A program made the position numbers and the translations under genes. A stretch of 64,000 bases of DNA from the human T2T-CHM13v2.0 reference genome, Homo sapiens: assembly GCF_009914755.1 (NCBI RefSeq), contig NC_060934.1; one strand, given 5' to 3'. Positions 1 to 15,377 of this stretch are shown piece after piece. The notes beneath the pieces were generated by a model. It worked only from the letters and a program-made list of their open reading frames with translations, had not been told where the DNA came from and searched no databases. The number at the start of each line of letters is the position of its first letter. Positions within the stretch are counted from its first letter, which is position 1.

Positions 1-468
<468 letters not shown>

Positions 469-574
469 TCAGACATGGTTTACTTCCACAGTCACACAAT
501 TTACCAAATGAAAAGTTCCATAGAAGGAGCGCTCCACCTACTCTTGTAAATAGCATCATGAAAATAGAACCAGA

Positions 575-967
<393 letters not shown>

Positions 968-1491
968 TTACAACCTCTGCCAATATGCCTCAATTCAAAT
1001 TAAAATTCAAGTGGTTTTGCCAGCCCCTCCTCCAAGTGAGAGGTACATACCTCATCTTAAAGCCATACGAAAGGCATTGGAGAGGACTGGTTCAGTCTTC
1101 TCATTTTGGACATGAGAAAGTGGGGCACAGATCAGACAAGGACTGGCTATAGGTCACACCTGGGGAGTCAAAGTTTAAAGTCAGAGCTCTGCCCTTGATT
1201 CAAGGCTCCTCCTCAGTGCCTGTGTCATAACCAGTGGCCCTTGCTCGGGTGCCTGGGAAAAGGACATACGAAACAGTGCAAAGAAGCCTGCAACTGAAGG
1301 CAGCCTCCCCGGGGGAATACACTGCTGCTGGAGGCGAAAGGAAAAGCAAGGGGCCTCGCAATCGGAGCGTGAGAGAGGACAAACCAGCACTGGAACTGAC
1401 TAGCCAGCTCTGTGTTAGCATGGTGCTATTGCCTTGCAGGTATTTTCCTTTTTAATCATCTCAACAAATCTGAGTGATTAAACCCATTTCA

Positions 1492-1852
<361 letters not shown>

Positions 1853-2136
1853 AAGTTGGCTGTGCCATTTGACCCCAGGTCAGTCCCCAGATCCTGGGCC
1901 TTCCACTCGGACACACACTCAAGGCCACCCTCAGGCCACACAGAGTCCTGCCACTCCCACATGGATGTTGAAGAATCTCAAAGTTAGATAGAAGTATATT
2001 TGATTTTGATACTTCCAAGGAAAGTCCTGCGTAAGCAATGAGTTTGGGGATGGATGTGAGGACTTTTTAATTTTTGTGGGGGATATTTAATCCCTTTAGC
2101 AGAATAAAATGTTCTCCAGCCACTTGGCAGTAGCTA

Positions 2137-2440
2137 CTTTTTTTTTTATTTTATTTTTTGAGACAGAGTCTTGCTCTGTCGCTCAGGGTAGAATGCGTTA
2201 GTGCAATCTCAGCTCACTGCATCCTCCTCCTCCTGGATTCAAGCAATTCTCCTGCCTCAGCCTCCCAAGTAGTTGAGATTACAGGCACCTGCCATTATGC
2301 CCGGCTAATTTTCGTATTTTTGTAGAGACAGGTTTTCACCATGTTGCCCAGGCTGGTCTTGACCTCCTGAACTCAGGTGATCCACCCACCTCGGCCTCCC
2401 AAAATGTTGGGATTACAGACGTGAGCCACTGCACCCAGTT
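2137..2440 (-). mobile_element. Alu
   Basis: Reverse Alu with poly(T) at left; agtagcta-tttt TSD. Confidence 0.93.
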
Positions 2441-2569
2441 GAAAGTAGCTATTTTTATAGAACTATTCTGTCGTAAGGTATTACTTCTAGCTCACTGGCC
2501 TGCATCTTCCAGAAAAGAAAACTTTGCATTTAATGTTTAAAATGAAATAAATGCTTATTTTTATAAGGT

Positions 2570-2972
2570 TGATATGGTTTGCATCTGTGTCCCCACCAAA
2601 TCCATGTTGAGATATAATCCCCAGTGCTGGCCGTGCGGCCTGGTGGAAGGTGTTTGGATCATGGGGGTGGATCCCTCATCAGTGGCTTAGCGCCATCCCC
2701 TTGGTGATAATTGGATGTGTTCTCGGAAACCTGGTTGTTTAATAGTTTGTGGCACCTCCCCTCGATTTTGCTCCCGCTCACTCCATGTGACGTGCCTGCT
2801 CCCCCTTTGCCTTCTGCCATGATTGTAAGCTCCCCGAGGCTTCCTCAGAAGCAGAGGCCAGTGCCATGTTTCCTGTACAGCCTGCAGAACCATGAGCCAA
2901 TTAAACCTCTTTTCTTTGTAAATTACCCAGCCTCAGGTATTTTTTTATAGTGATGCAGGAAGGGCCTAATGC
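2570..2972 (+). mobile_element. MaLR solo LTR (MST-like)
   Basis: tgatatggtttg... start; gccatgattgtaag, aattaaacctcttttctttgtaaattaccca; ctaatgca end. Confidence 0.85.
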
Positions 2973-3409
2973 AAAGGCGTACTGTTTTGTTTTGTTTTCA
3001 AGCTAAGGTATATTGTTTATGCCTTATTACAAATTTGAGGGATATCAGAAACTGGGGGATACTGTAAGCCCAGCAAGGGGAGGAATACTCTATGGCTTCA
3101 AGCCTGGGCTCTCCTGCATATGGGGTTTCACAATGGGAATGGTGCTTGATGCATTCAACTAATACCTTATTTGTAGACATCTGTATCATTTTCAGCTTTT
3201 AAAATATGATCAGCTACATTGTAGCCAATATCCCCAGTTAAGTCACAGCTGATATACAACTTTATTTCCTTATAATAAAATACTAGAAGTTACTGGTCAG
3301 ATTTAAGATGTTCAATACAAATTGCTCTCTAGAAAAACTGTTCCATTTTACCTTCAGACAACAGTTATGAAAGGCTCATTTTTCCAAACCCTCATGGTTT
3401 GGAAACTAT

Positions 3410-3830
3410 ATTCATGGTTTCCAAATCTCCTGTGTCCCCACTAAATCTCATGTTGAATTCTAATCCCTAATGTTGGAGATGGGGCCGGGAAGTAATTGGA
3501 TCACAGGCGCAGATTTCCCATGAATGGTTTATACCATCCCCTTGGCACTGTCCACACGATTGTGAGTGAGTTCTCATGAGATCTAGTCATTTAAAAGTGT
3601 GGCACCTGCCCCCTCACTCTCTCTGGCTCCTGCTCCCACCTTGTGAGATGTCTCGCTCCCCCTTCGCCTTCCACCGTGACTGTAAGTTTCCTGAGGCCTT
3701 CCCAGAAGCTGAGCAGATGCCAGCATCATGGTTCCTGTACAGCCTGTGGAACTGTGAGCCAGTTAAACTTCTTTTCTTTAGAAATTCCCCAGTCTCAGAT
3801 ATTTCGTTATAGCACTCACTAACACTCACT
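3410..3830 (+). mobile_element. MaLR solo LTR (MST-like) within an old L1 remnant
   Basis: Paralogous to 2570-2972 along its length. Confidence 0.8.
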
Positions 3831-4764
3831 AACTCTGAGTTTGCTTTTTCTTTTTTATTATTACTAGATGAATATTATTTTATGTATTCATTGCCCATTT
3901 GTATTTCTTCTTTTCTGAATTGCCAGTGTATTTCCTTGACTCATTTTTTTTCTATTACTGTGTTTGTCTTTTTCCCGTTTGTTGATGAGTACCTTCATAT
4001 AGTGGGAATACCCACACTGATATACTTCATTATATAAAAATCGAAACTTCTGTATGTTACAAAACACCAGAAAAACAAATGAAAAGACAGAAGAAATTAT
4101 CGAGAAAAACAAATTTACAATGAATAGAACAATTTTTCTTTATACCTTCTGTACAGTACTGAGCATCACACTTAGAAAGTCCTTCATAATCCTCAAGATC
4201 AGGTAAATGTTCATTTTTTGTTATCTCTTAGTTTGTTAGTATGTTTATAGTTTTATTTGTTAACATCTTTACAACAACTGGAATTAGTTTCTGGCATGAA
4301 GTTTAAAGCAGTAATAATTTTAGCTGGATTTTTTCCCAGGAAGTTAATTAATTGCCCTAACAAAACTTATTGAACAATTCTTCTTTGCTCACAGGGTCTT
4401 AACTCCACCTTTATCATATGCTAAAAAGTATGTTCTTATAAAAATTCAGATTAGTTTCTGGACTTCCTATTCTGTTATTCTGTTCCATGATCTGTGATCT
4501 TTTCTAAATTCTAAAGCTGTCCCTATTCCAACAAGGGCTCCCAAATTCTCAGAAATAGAGTTTGCATTGCTTTGGTCATCTCTGTTCATATTCTTATCTC
4601 TTATGTTAGACTGTGAGTTCCCTGAGGAATGGGAACTCTCCCTGTGACCGTGAGTTCCCTGAGGGAAGGGAGGTCTCACTCCTCTTTGTACCCCGAGAGC
4701 CGAGTGTGGTGTAATGAAGGGAGGGCAAAACAGCACATGGGGAAATGAGGAAGCCCCAGGATTA

Positions 4765-4885
4765 CAGTTGCCAGATTGAGCAAATAAAATAAGCAGTTAA
4801 CCTACAATATCAGATAAACCACAAATAGTTTTTTGTATGAGTATGTGCTATGTAATATTTGGGATATACTTATCCTAAAAGTTAT
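4765..4885. mobile_element. MER53-like hAT DNA transposon fragment
   Basis: cagttgccagattgagcaaataaaa ... aatatttgggatatacttat resembles the MER53 consensus. Confidence 0.55.
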
Positions 4886-5279
4886 CCAGACATCTCCACT
4901 GAAACACTCATCCTCCTCAGATCTCAAACCTCCACCTACCATGAGATCCAAGCTGAAAAACCAGGAATGCATCTTTTACATGCCAAATGCCACAAGTGAC
5001 ACAGGCTCAAGTTAGAGGCACCCAACAGGCTGAGCATGAGAGTGGGAAATATGACCTTCCACGCTTACAGAGGCAGCATCACAGGCCAAGAATGAACTGA
5101 CTCACTGCTGTTCCTCCAAAAGCCTCTCCCCCAACCCCCTGCACCCTGCCCCATGTCCCTGGTCCCCAGGGGCCCTGAGCTGAGTGGGGCAGGGCAGATA
5201 CTGTATGATCCTACAGCTGACCGTTCATAGTCTCTAATCTTTCCTTCTCACATAAAAGAAAAACAGGGCTGTCCTCTGA

Positions 5280-5679
<400 letters not shown>

Positions 5680-5754
5680 CTATTTCTCATGTTCATCCAT
5701 ACATTTCCACAGGGGCTGCAAGCCTACACAGCCTATGCACTTGGTCCAAATGGC

Positions 5755-6400
5755 CCCTAGTTTGTGTCAGGCACAGTGCTAAGCATTGGGGTTACAATGG
5801 TGAAAAAAAACCAACCTGGCCCTTGACATCCTGGGGCTTACAATCTAGTTGGGGAGATGGCCATAAATCACGTGATCAAAAATTTTTTAATTGAAAAAGT
5901 ATAAGGAGATATAAGAGCTTATAGTGAGGGACCTAATCTGATGGGGTGGGTAGTCAGCACCCCAAATGAGGACTATTTGAGAAGGCGTTCACTGTCCAAG
6001 AGAAATGCTTCTGGCAGAGAGAACTGCATGTGCAAAGGTCCTGAAGTAGGAGGAAGGGTGCCTCAGGGATGTGAGGTGAGTGAGAGAGTGAGAGAGAAAG
6101 AACGAAGCAAGAGGAAGCTGCAGAGGCAGGCAGGGTCCAGATCCTGCAGGCCAATAGTGAGTCAAGGCCATTGCAGAATTTAGCAAGAGAGTCACTTAAT
6201 AATACTGGGCTTTTAAAGATGAATATGGCTGCAATTCCAGAATGGGTGGTTGGAAGAGGCCAAAGTGGAAGCTACTGGGGAGGTCTCTGTAAGAGCTGAC
6301 AGTGACCTAGTGGTGGAAATGGGGCAGGAGAGAGGGAGACTGTGTTGGGCTTCATCATGGTTGAATGCAGGAGAGAAATGAGGTATCAGGGAGATGCTGG
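5755..6400 (-). mobile_element. L2 LINE remnant
   Basis: gtgtcaggcacagtgctaagcattggggttaca..., gcatgtgcaaaggtcctga are typical of the reversed L2 3' region. Confidence 0.6.
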
Positions 6401-6973
6401 CACAGCCAGGGAAGACTTTCATCACCCACTGGGCACGGGGGAGGGTGGTTAAACTGTGGGGAGAAGCAGGGCTCTTAGCCAGGATGGAAAAGAGAGAGAG
6501 AGTGAGGAGAAGGAGCAGGAGCAAGAGAGCTAAAGCTGAGAACTCAAAGGACCAAGGAGATGCTACAGGGCCGGCTCACAGAGGTGGGGCAGAAGGGACT
6601 CATTGTTGCCCAGCTTTCTCTCATTTCAGTCTCAAAAGCATCCCGCCTGCTAGGGGGAACTTTTCCCACTTTGCAGGGTAGTCAAATCAGATCCTTTCCT
6701 AAAATCACAGAGCTGGGACATGAACGCAGGTCTGTGTAACTGTAAAGCTCACACTCTTCTCTCTCCCAAAAGCCCCACTCCTGCCCCCTGATCCCTGGGC
6801 TGATGAGTTTACATCGAGGCCTATAGCCAAAAGGAGGGCTCAGAGACTCCCCAGCAGTGGAGGAAAGTGGCTGGGTGGGAGGGCTAATTCTCAATTCTTG
6901 TAGTTCTCCCAGAGCCTGGAGCCTGGGGCAATATGGGGAAACCAAGGCAGACACAACGTGGAGACAGCAAAGG

Positions 6974-7085
6974 GTAGTGTTTCTCAACTTTGTCTACATG
7001 TTGCCATCATCAGGTGAGCTCTGAAAACTCTTGGTGCCCAGGCTGTCCCCCAGCCAATTAGCTCAGAATCTCTAGGGTGGGGCTG
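6974..7085. mobile_element. MER5A1-like element, truncated on the right
   Basis: tagtgtttctcaac TIR ... cagaatctctagggtggggc, then no second TIR. Confidence 0.6.
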
Positions 7086-7246
7086 GGGCTCTAGAGTGTG
7101 TGGGGAGCTGGGTGTGTGTTCAGGCCAGTTGCTTCTCTCTGTGCCTCAATGTTCCCGGTACCGTTGGAGGGGCTGAGATCCTGGGGATTCCTGGAGCCTG
7201 GCTGCATGGCCTGGCCACTCTGATGCCCTTGTGTTCTCCACGCCAG

Positions 7247-9985
7247 GCCAGCAAGGCTGAGGAGAATGCCTCCGACAGCTTCATGCACTTCATGGACTCA
7301 CAGCTGGAGCGGCAAATGGAGACCACCCAGAACCTGGTGGAATCCTACATGGCCATTGTCAACAAGACCTTGCTGGACCTCGTGGTTGGTCTCCTGCCCG
7401 AGACCATCATGCACCTTATGATCAACAACATGCATGCACCGCCTCATGGGGGCAGGGGGCTTCTGTGGCACTAGGGGTGCAGGTTGGCCTGGGGGAGGTG
7501 CCGACCAGCCCTATGGGACCAGGTGCAGGGAAGGAGGCACCGTCCAGACTAGAGCTCCCATAGAAATATAACACGGGACTGGGCACAGTGGCCCATGCCT
7601 GTAATCCCAGCACTTTGGAAGGCCAAGGTGGGAGGAACGCTCGAGCCCAAGAGTTTGAGGCCAGCCTAGGCAACATAGTGAGACCTGGTACCTACACAAA
7701 AATCTTAAAAATAGCTGGGCTCAGTGGTGGCACGTGCCTGTAGTCCTAGTTACGCAACAGGCTGACGTTGGAGGATCACTTTGAGCCCAGGAGGTTGAGG
7801 CTGCAGTGAGCGGTGATCTCGCCCACTGTACTCCAGCCTGGCGACAGAGTGAGATCCTGTCTCCAAAAACAATTTAGGAAAAACTGAGTAAACAGGTGTC
7901 CTGGTGGCATGATATGTCCTAGGTTCCCTCTCAGATCTGTGACGTTGGACAGGTGACTTTTCCTCTGGACCTCAGTGTCCCCATCTGAATGAGAAAAGGC
8001 GGTGGGGAGGCAGATCTTTGAGTCTAAGCAGTGTAGAAGTCGCATCTAAAAAGCCATACTCGGGGCTCCAAGTCCAGCACACAGTCCCAGCAGGGCCCGA
8101 CGGGGTGGCCAGAGTGGCACAGGCATCAGGTCCCAACCTTTTTGCCCACTCTCAGACCAAGGAGTTCATCTTCTTGGAGCTGCTGGACAACCTGTACTCG
8201 CGTGGGGACCAGAACACGCTGATGGAGGAGTCGGCAGAGCAGGCATGGCGGTGTGATGAGATGCTGTGCATGCAACACGTGCTGAAGGAGGCGCTCAGCA
8301 TCATCAGTGACATCAGCACAAACACCGTCAGCATGGTCATGGGGACCCGTGGATGACTCCTGGCTGCAGGTGCAGAGCGTCCCAGCTGGACGCAGGTACC
8401 AGGGCTGGCCCCCACAGCCCCAAAGCCCACCAGCCTCCATGACTGAGCCTGGGGGCTCTTGGAACAGACTCCATGCCCAAGCTGGCAGGCATGGGTGCTT
8501 TCTGGAACTATCAGAGAGGGCAGAGAGCTCGTGGTTTATGGTGTAGGGGCTGGGAACTTGGAAGGGGTTGTGTGTGGGGCTGGACTCTGAGGCGGCCAGA
8601 GACCTATGAACGTCATCTTGGGCACACCTGTCATGCAGTCTGAGTCATGCTGGCAGGGCAGGGCATCCAGCTCCCAGCCTGGGAGTGCAGAGCAGGTGTG
8701 ATAGTCAGGGTCCCACCTCCTCTATCTGTCGGCAATCCAGTGGTGATCTAGGATAAAACCTTGAGAGTCCCATGCACACAGTCATCCCACAACACACCTC
8801 ACAGGCCAGGCAGGGACACACAGCCCCCTTCCCTCTCTCCCAGGTACCATCATAGCTGCTAGCATGTGGCTGAAGCCAGGGTCCCTGGCCCCCGCTGAAG
8901 CACTACCACCAGCCAGCGGCCTCATGCACCTTGGCCTGTTGCTCTTAGGGGTTGCCTATGCTGTTCAGCCAAGGGGACCACAGTACCTGCTGGCCCAGCT
9001 GAGCTCCACCCAGTGAGCCCACCCGCCTTCCCTGCCATGGACTCTCCCTCTTCTGCTTTTCCCAGCAGGAAGCGCCCAGCCTCACCTATGCAACCTGCAG
9101 CCCCCCAACCAGCTGAGGCTCCCCTCTTAGACTTATAAGTCTATGGCCAGTGGCATCCAGCTGCCTGCTCTCCCTGCCTCCCCCAGGGTCCCTTCAGAGG
9201 GTCCTGGGCTTTCTGACCACCCAGAAGGGCCTCAGGTGCACCCTCCAGCCATCCATCCCTTTTAGCTTCACCACCCTGGTTCAAGCAGTGTTCTTTCTCT
9301 ATTAGGCCTGGCGGCTGTTGTGTGGGGCTCCCCAAGGTGAGAGGCAGCCCTGGGCCAGTGGGTTGGAAGACAGGGTGACCAGAGAAGAGGGAAGCCCGAG
9401 GGGGCTGAGCATTGGTCTGAACTGTGGGTACACTGCCTAGGTGCCGTGGGAGAGGCCAGTGTGTGTAGGGTGTGGAGGGCCACCACAGCCCCCAGGACCT
9501 ACCTGTGAAGCTCCAGCTCCTCCCTCCATCTTCCTCCCCTTTCCCTTCCAGCCCCTCTCTTCCAGGAACCTTGCCACACCCACACCTGCACCCTCCCTTC
9601 CCCGGCCCTCCCACAGCTCCTACAGCTTGCCCCTGCTCTGTGCTTGCCTCACCAGCTCTCTGCCCACTTTTCTCTCTACCGTTTTCTCTCTGCTTTCTCT
9701 CCAACTGCCAGCCAATCGATCGGGTCAGGAAAATCCATCCCATCCTGAGAGCCTCAGGCCCCACTTCGACCTCTAAACAGATCCCTCCTCTTCTCAGAGA
9801 CCTCCCTTTCCAAGCCTGCCTGGGTGGCTGTTCTGTGACTTGACAGCGGCTCCCCCAGCCCCAAAGCTTCATCTGTGACTTAGTCTGTTGTAGTGGAGAG
9901 CTGACATATCCAGCTGTGACTGTTGCTGAAAACTTGTGCCACCTCTGTGGTATGCCCCTGCCCTGTTCTATAAATATCTATAAAT
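7247..9985 (+). pseudogene. DNM1P17: Dynamin-1 unprocessed partial pseudogene (GED and tail exons; probably DNM1P17)
   Basis: Exon 7247-7429 ([41 protein letters not shown]...IMHLMINN; donor GT->AT); exon 8156-8395 ([15 protein letters not shown]...[16 protein letters not shown]; frameshift ~8340); tail exons 9066-9138 (RKRPASPMQPAAPQPAEAPLLDL*) and 9712-9776 (RSGQENPSHPESLRPHFDL*); introns retained. Locus number from memory. Confidence 0.92.
7577..7875 (+). mobile_element. Alu (AluJ-like) in DNM1-derived intron
   Basis: Diverged dimeric Alu. Confidence 0.9.
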
Positions 9986-9986
9986 A

Positions 9987-10427
<441 letters not shown>

Positions 10428-11903
10428 TCAGTCACTGTGCTGTCCTTGTGGAGTCTTGTGGCCCAACAAGAGAAAGCTGTCCCCTGACATTGCCCCTCCA
10501 CAGTGCACCACCTCCAGTGAGCCTCGCTGTCCTGCCCGGCCCGTGGCCTGCCAGCCCCCACCATCCTTCCTTTCCCCCACCAAGCATGGGGTTGCTGTGC
10601 AGGCAGCTGTGTGGCCTGACAGTCTACCAGTTCTGCTGTCCCTCAGCTGAGAATCAAACCCATTTCTGGATGACAGGGAATGTGTCCTCTGCTGGCTGTG
10701 TTCTCTGCGGAGCTCTGGGGAGGGGAAAGTTCAAGCCATTTCTAGGGTGCTATTGGGAGTGGTGAAAAGGCCACACCCTTTGCAAGGGACACTTTTCCTG
10801 GAAAGCCCCTGGAGCTTAGCTGGTTCTTACCCTGTGAAGCTGGCTCTGGCCACTAGAGGGCAGGACCATGAACTCAGCCTGGAGGGAGCCTGTGGGGCAG
10901 CTGGCACTCTGGAGGGACAGACAGAACAGACCACCAGGTGCAGACAGGAGAGGCAGGCAAGGGGACGGAGAACGGAAGATGCCTGGGGTGGATGGAAGTC
11001 AGTGCCCTTGGATGCTGGTACCTGCCTTTCCAGTCACCACTAGATCAGGCTTCTGAGCCTGTTGGCTGTCAGGGCTGGACTCACCCCATAGGCGTCATGG
11101 CAGTCCCTGTGAAATCCTCCAGGTGTCACCAGGCAGCATACAGGTAACAGGCCTGGAATGTCCCAACAGCCCAGCTGGACATGCTCAGACACTCTGGGGC
11201 TCCTCGTTCAGTGGCACAAACTCCAGGACCCAGTGAGGGAAACAGGAACACACCAGGTCAAGCAGTATGGCTAAATCCATTTATTCCAAAATAAAAAGCA
11301 AAATAAACAGGAGTCACATCACCAGGGAGCCACGACCCCATCCCCACCTCCTTCCTCTGTCCTATGCTATCAATAAATAAGTTTCCCAGCCACAAATAAT
11401 TATTAGAACCTCCTCCCCGTATACCAGCTCCAACCTCTGCTAGGTACAATACAGGGGGTGGCCCTACCCCCTAGAATATACAAAATGTTACACAGATACA
11501 ATATGTACACTGGGGAAGGGGGGCCACCCCAGCAGCCTATGCCCTCACCTAGTCTACAGTTAGCCCCACTGTCCTGACTCAGCTGTGCCTCTGAATAAGA
11601 AGATGGGAGCCCCCCAGAGGGAAAAGTTGCTTCGGTGCGAATAAGAAGGCCATTAGGCCTCCTCCAAACAAACCAACTCCACCAGCCTCTGGCTCGTAAA
11701 TAACAAACATCATCATCCAGAAATTTAAGGACTCAGCCCTGGTCAAGGTGGCAAAGGATCTGTTCGTCTGCCCCCATTAAACAGGGGTCTTGTCTTGCTA
11801 CCCTAATGGTAAAGGGGTGACTGGGAAGGGGTGTTAGGGACATGGTGGGGGTGGAGACTCCAGCCCCACTTCTCCAGGCTTTGCTGACAGCGGCCTGCTT
11901 TTA

Positions 11904-12090
11904 TTTATTTTTATTTTTGTCCCATGACTTGCTTTTTAATCCCTTAACTTCTTTTTCATAACTTTTTTTATAACTTTTCGCAAAACTTTTTTCCACTTCT
12001 TTTCCACAATTTTTTTGCCACAACTTTTCCACAACATTTTTTATCCCATAGCTTTTTCATGCCATAACTTTTTAAATCCCATAACTGTTT
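11904..12090. repeat. Degenerate tandem array of CCCATAACTTTTT-like units
   Basis: About ten diverged c(a/c)(t/c)aacttttt units in a T-rich tract. Confidence 0.75.
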
Positions 12091-15000
12091 TGTAGTTTGT
12101 GCTCTTTTAATAAACATACTTGCAGAGTTACATTACAATTTTGTAAAAATAAAAACAGATTATCTCATGCCAAGCCTGCCCAGCATTTGCAGTCTCAGTT
12201 CCTTTAATACTGTAGTTTTCAAGACGTACAAAAAAAAATTTTAAGGCAAAACCAGCACTTTGCAATAATTTAATAATTTATTATATTACAGTGGCATCAC
12301 AGCAGCAGTCAATAATACCAATTAAGGCAAACGTCTTTCAGTATTTCCATTATACATTCTGTTTACAAGAATTCATAAGTTGGTAAAAGTCATTCTAAGA
12401 AAACTTGGCAAATAAAGCTTTGGACTGGAATTGGCATTTCTTTCTCTACTCCCCCTCCCCCACCTGTTTCTTTCTTTTAAACCACAGTATTCATATTTTA
12501 AAATGTTTTAACTAATTTCAAAACATTAAGATAGCAGTTACATTATTTAATAGTTATATTATTTTAAAATGACTCTTTAAGATAAAGTTTTAGAGAAACT
12601 ATATTATGGATAGGGCTGATTTACATTTTCAAATTTTCTAAAAATCAGCTTTGGTTTTAGAACTGATTTTTTCATTTCTGGAAAACCTATCAGGTTTAAT
12701 CAAACACTTTAAAAATGATTATCATATATTGCAATCTTTAAATAGGTAATTTGATTCTTTACTTTCCACAGAAATTCAATTTTTTTCAGTTGAACTCACA
12801 TTTTAAAATTCTATGTTTCTGATGAACTCTAACTTTCTAATGTTGCCTTCTGAGCAAATTGAAAGCTGCCTTATACTGAATGAGGAAAAGAATACTTGGC
12901 TGAATGAAGTATTGCAAAAGACTGCACGCACTTTGAACAAAGACTTAAGTTATTGTCATACGATTTTCATTCTCTTTAGCTTTTTCTTAAATATACGACA
13001 AAATGCATACACAGAGTGGCATTTCCATTAATATAGTAAATTCATTTTCCAGACTGACATCCAGCTTAAATATGCCAGTATGTGATTTAATCCATAGGTA
13101 CCTGGTGAACACATTATTGTCAGATTGGTTACAGATGCCAAATGCTATCTGAGGGTCATTCCTAGTCATTTATATTTATCAGGGTAAAAGTGAAGTGATT
13201 TGAACTATAAAAACACCTTTGAAATAATTTATCGATGTATTAGATAAACCTAGTTTCAGAATTATAAAGAAAAAATGTTAGACCAAATAATGTGGCTAAT
13301 TAACAGTGGTACAATTCCCAGCCCGAGGGTTTAAAATGGACTTAAATTAACTGTCTTTAAACTAAACTCAAAGAATGCAAAAGTGGCAAGTTCAGAAAAT
13401 AAAAGGCAAGAACAGGACTTTAAATCCATTTTAAACCCTTGGGCTAGTAATCACACCACTGTTAATTAGCCACATTATTTGGTCTAACATTTTTTCTTTA
13501 TAAGTCTGAAGCTGGGTTTATCTAATACACTGATGCATTCATATAATTTGGAAGAGTCAGCTGAAATCAAAAGGACCCAATATTTGTACTCTTTCAGTGA
13601 ATGCAGGCAAATCTGTAATTCCATCTATAAAATCATATTATTGCTCTCCTATTAATGTCATATTTATAAAAGTATCATGAGGATGCCAAATGCTAAAAAT
13701 GGAGATGGTCTAGTAACTAGAAATCTCCACCCCAGGGAGCACACATACATACCTCCCTACATCCTAACAATGTGACGTATTTTGGAACACAGACATTAGA
13801 ACTTCATAAAGTTTAACTGTTGATTCTTTCCCAAGCATCATAAAGTCACACATTTAGACAATGTATGACTGAAATAATTCATTCATAATGTATAGGCACA
13901 TTAACATAAATACTGCACAAAATATGCCTCTAACTGAAACTGAGAGGTATAAAAACATATTTCACTCTTCATAAAGAACTTTGTGAGGAAATATAACTCT
14001 GTGATTGTATAGACGCTTTTCTTGATGATACTTAGACATTCACAAACAGTAGATTGCACTGCAGTTTGTAAACATTTTAAGTTGCATAAACTTCTCCTTG
14101 ATTTTCAAATATAGTATAATACTGTCTACTAAAACTCTTTTTTGTTTCAACCAAGTACTCTCACAAATATTAGTTTATAATAATGTTTGTTATTGTTTTT
14201 TAAAGTGTTTTCCATTCAAGGAAAAGAAGTAAATTCCTATGTCAGAGTAACCCAATGTGGTTGAAGAACAGGTATTAGCCAGAGAGGTCTAGATGGTAAA
14301 ATCAATCTTCTAGCCTCAAAGAAGCTCCATGAACAGAGAGGAATGCCAGGTGTCACACAGCTTTCCTTCACTCTAATTCATTCTTGACTAGAGCCTGTAT
14401 GACTTTCTGGGACATTTAAACTTTAAAAGGATTTCTTATGATCTTTACTAAATACTTTAAGAAGAATGCCAACCAGTGCCCTTTTGTGTACTGGGACATG
14501 TAGTCATGTGATTAAAACAGGTAACATGAACTCTGACTTTAAAATGTATTATAGATATAAATGCTCTACGCTAGGAAAGGTTTTCCACATCCACAGTCAA
14601 TGATGGGAGCCTTTCATGTCTCAGAAATAATCCCTTTTTAGGTAATCGAAAAAGGGTACAACGGCCACAACTCACGATGCAATGTCTTCATGAGCCCAGA
14701 GCACATACAAATCCTAAGGGAACTACCATAGTACAGCGCTCATTCTTGGCACCGGAACACATGAAACATACTCTATCCTGCACACACCTGCCAGAGCAGG
14801 CCATTTTCCTCTCTGTGAGATTTAAAAAGCTCCCCAAAATGTTATTACTCCCATCCCCAATACACAGAAAATAAGGGTAGGGCTGTTTCCAGTCTTGGCC
14901 TTTAAACAACTCTAAATGTCAGTACTCATAGTGGCATATTACAAAGTAATAAACAGTGTGCACTTGAGGGCAAACCACATATTGAGCTAATGAGCTCACG

Positions 15001-15377
15001 GTGATTCGAATTCGATCAAACATAATAGCAGAACATAAGCAAATTTTATCTGAATTCTGTAATGAATATACATGCTGCAAGAACATTAAAAAAGCATGGC
15101 GGCCTACTCCAAACCAGAAAGAACAGTTTTGTGCAAATAGTGAGTTTTGTGTGTTTGAATTCCCACCATGTAAGGGCGAACTCAATATGCATTCTAATGA
15201 CCTACAATTATGGAATTAAAAAAGAAAGATACTAAGGGATGCCAGAGTGAACAACAGGGAAAGACCCACTCTCCTTTAACTTTTTACAAATAAATGTAAA
15301 CTATAAATTAGAAACACAAATAATCATGAGTGACTCTAACATTCAAATGAAGTAAATGAATTGTGTAGGAGATTAAC
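12090..15377 (-). other. AT-rich, apparently repeat-free 3'UTR-like insert in the GOLGA 3' end (GOLGA core element; ITSN2-3'UTR-derived by recollection)
   Basis: Sharp GC drop; ATTAAA (-) at 12106-12111 near its end; GOLGA2-like 3'UTR resumes at 11903; donor identity is from memory of the literature, not verified here. Confidence 0.65.

Noticed and set aside
9141-9872. 243-aa minus-strand ORF
   Set aside because: Low-complexity antisense frame over GC-rich DNM1 intron/last exon; no recognisable protein
11904-12090. Repeat array considered as CRISPR-like or telomere-like
   Set aside because: Units are degenerate and adjacent, with no unique spacers, no cas genes and no TTAGGG; eukaryotic context
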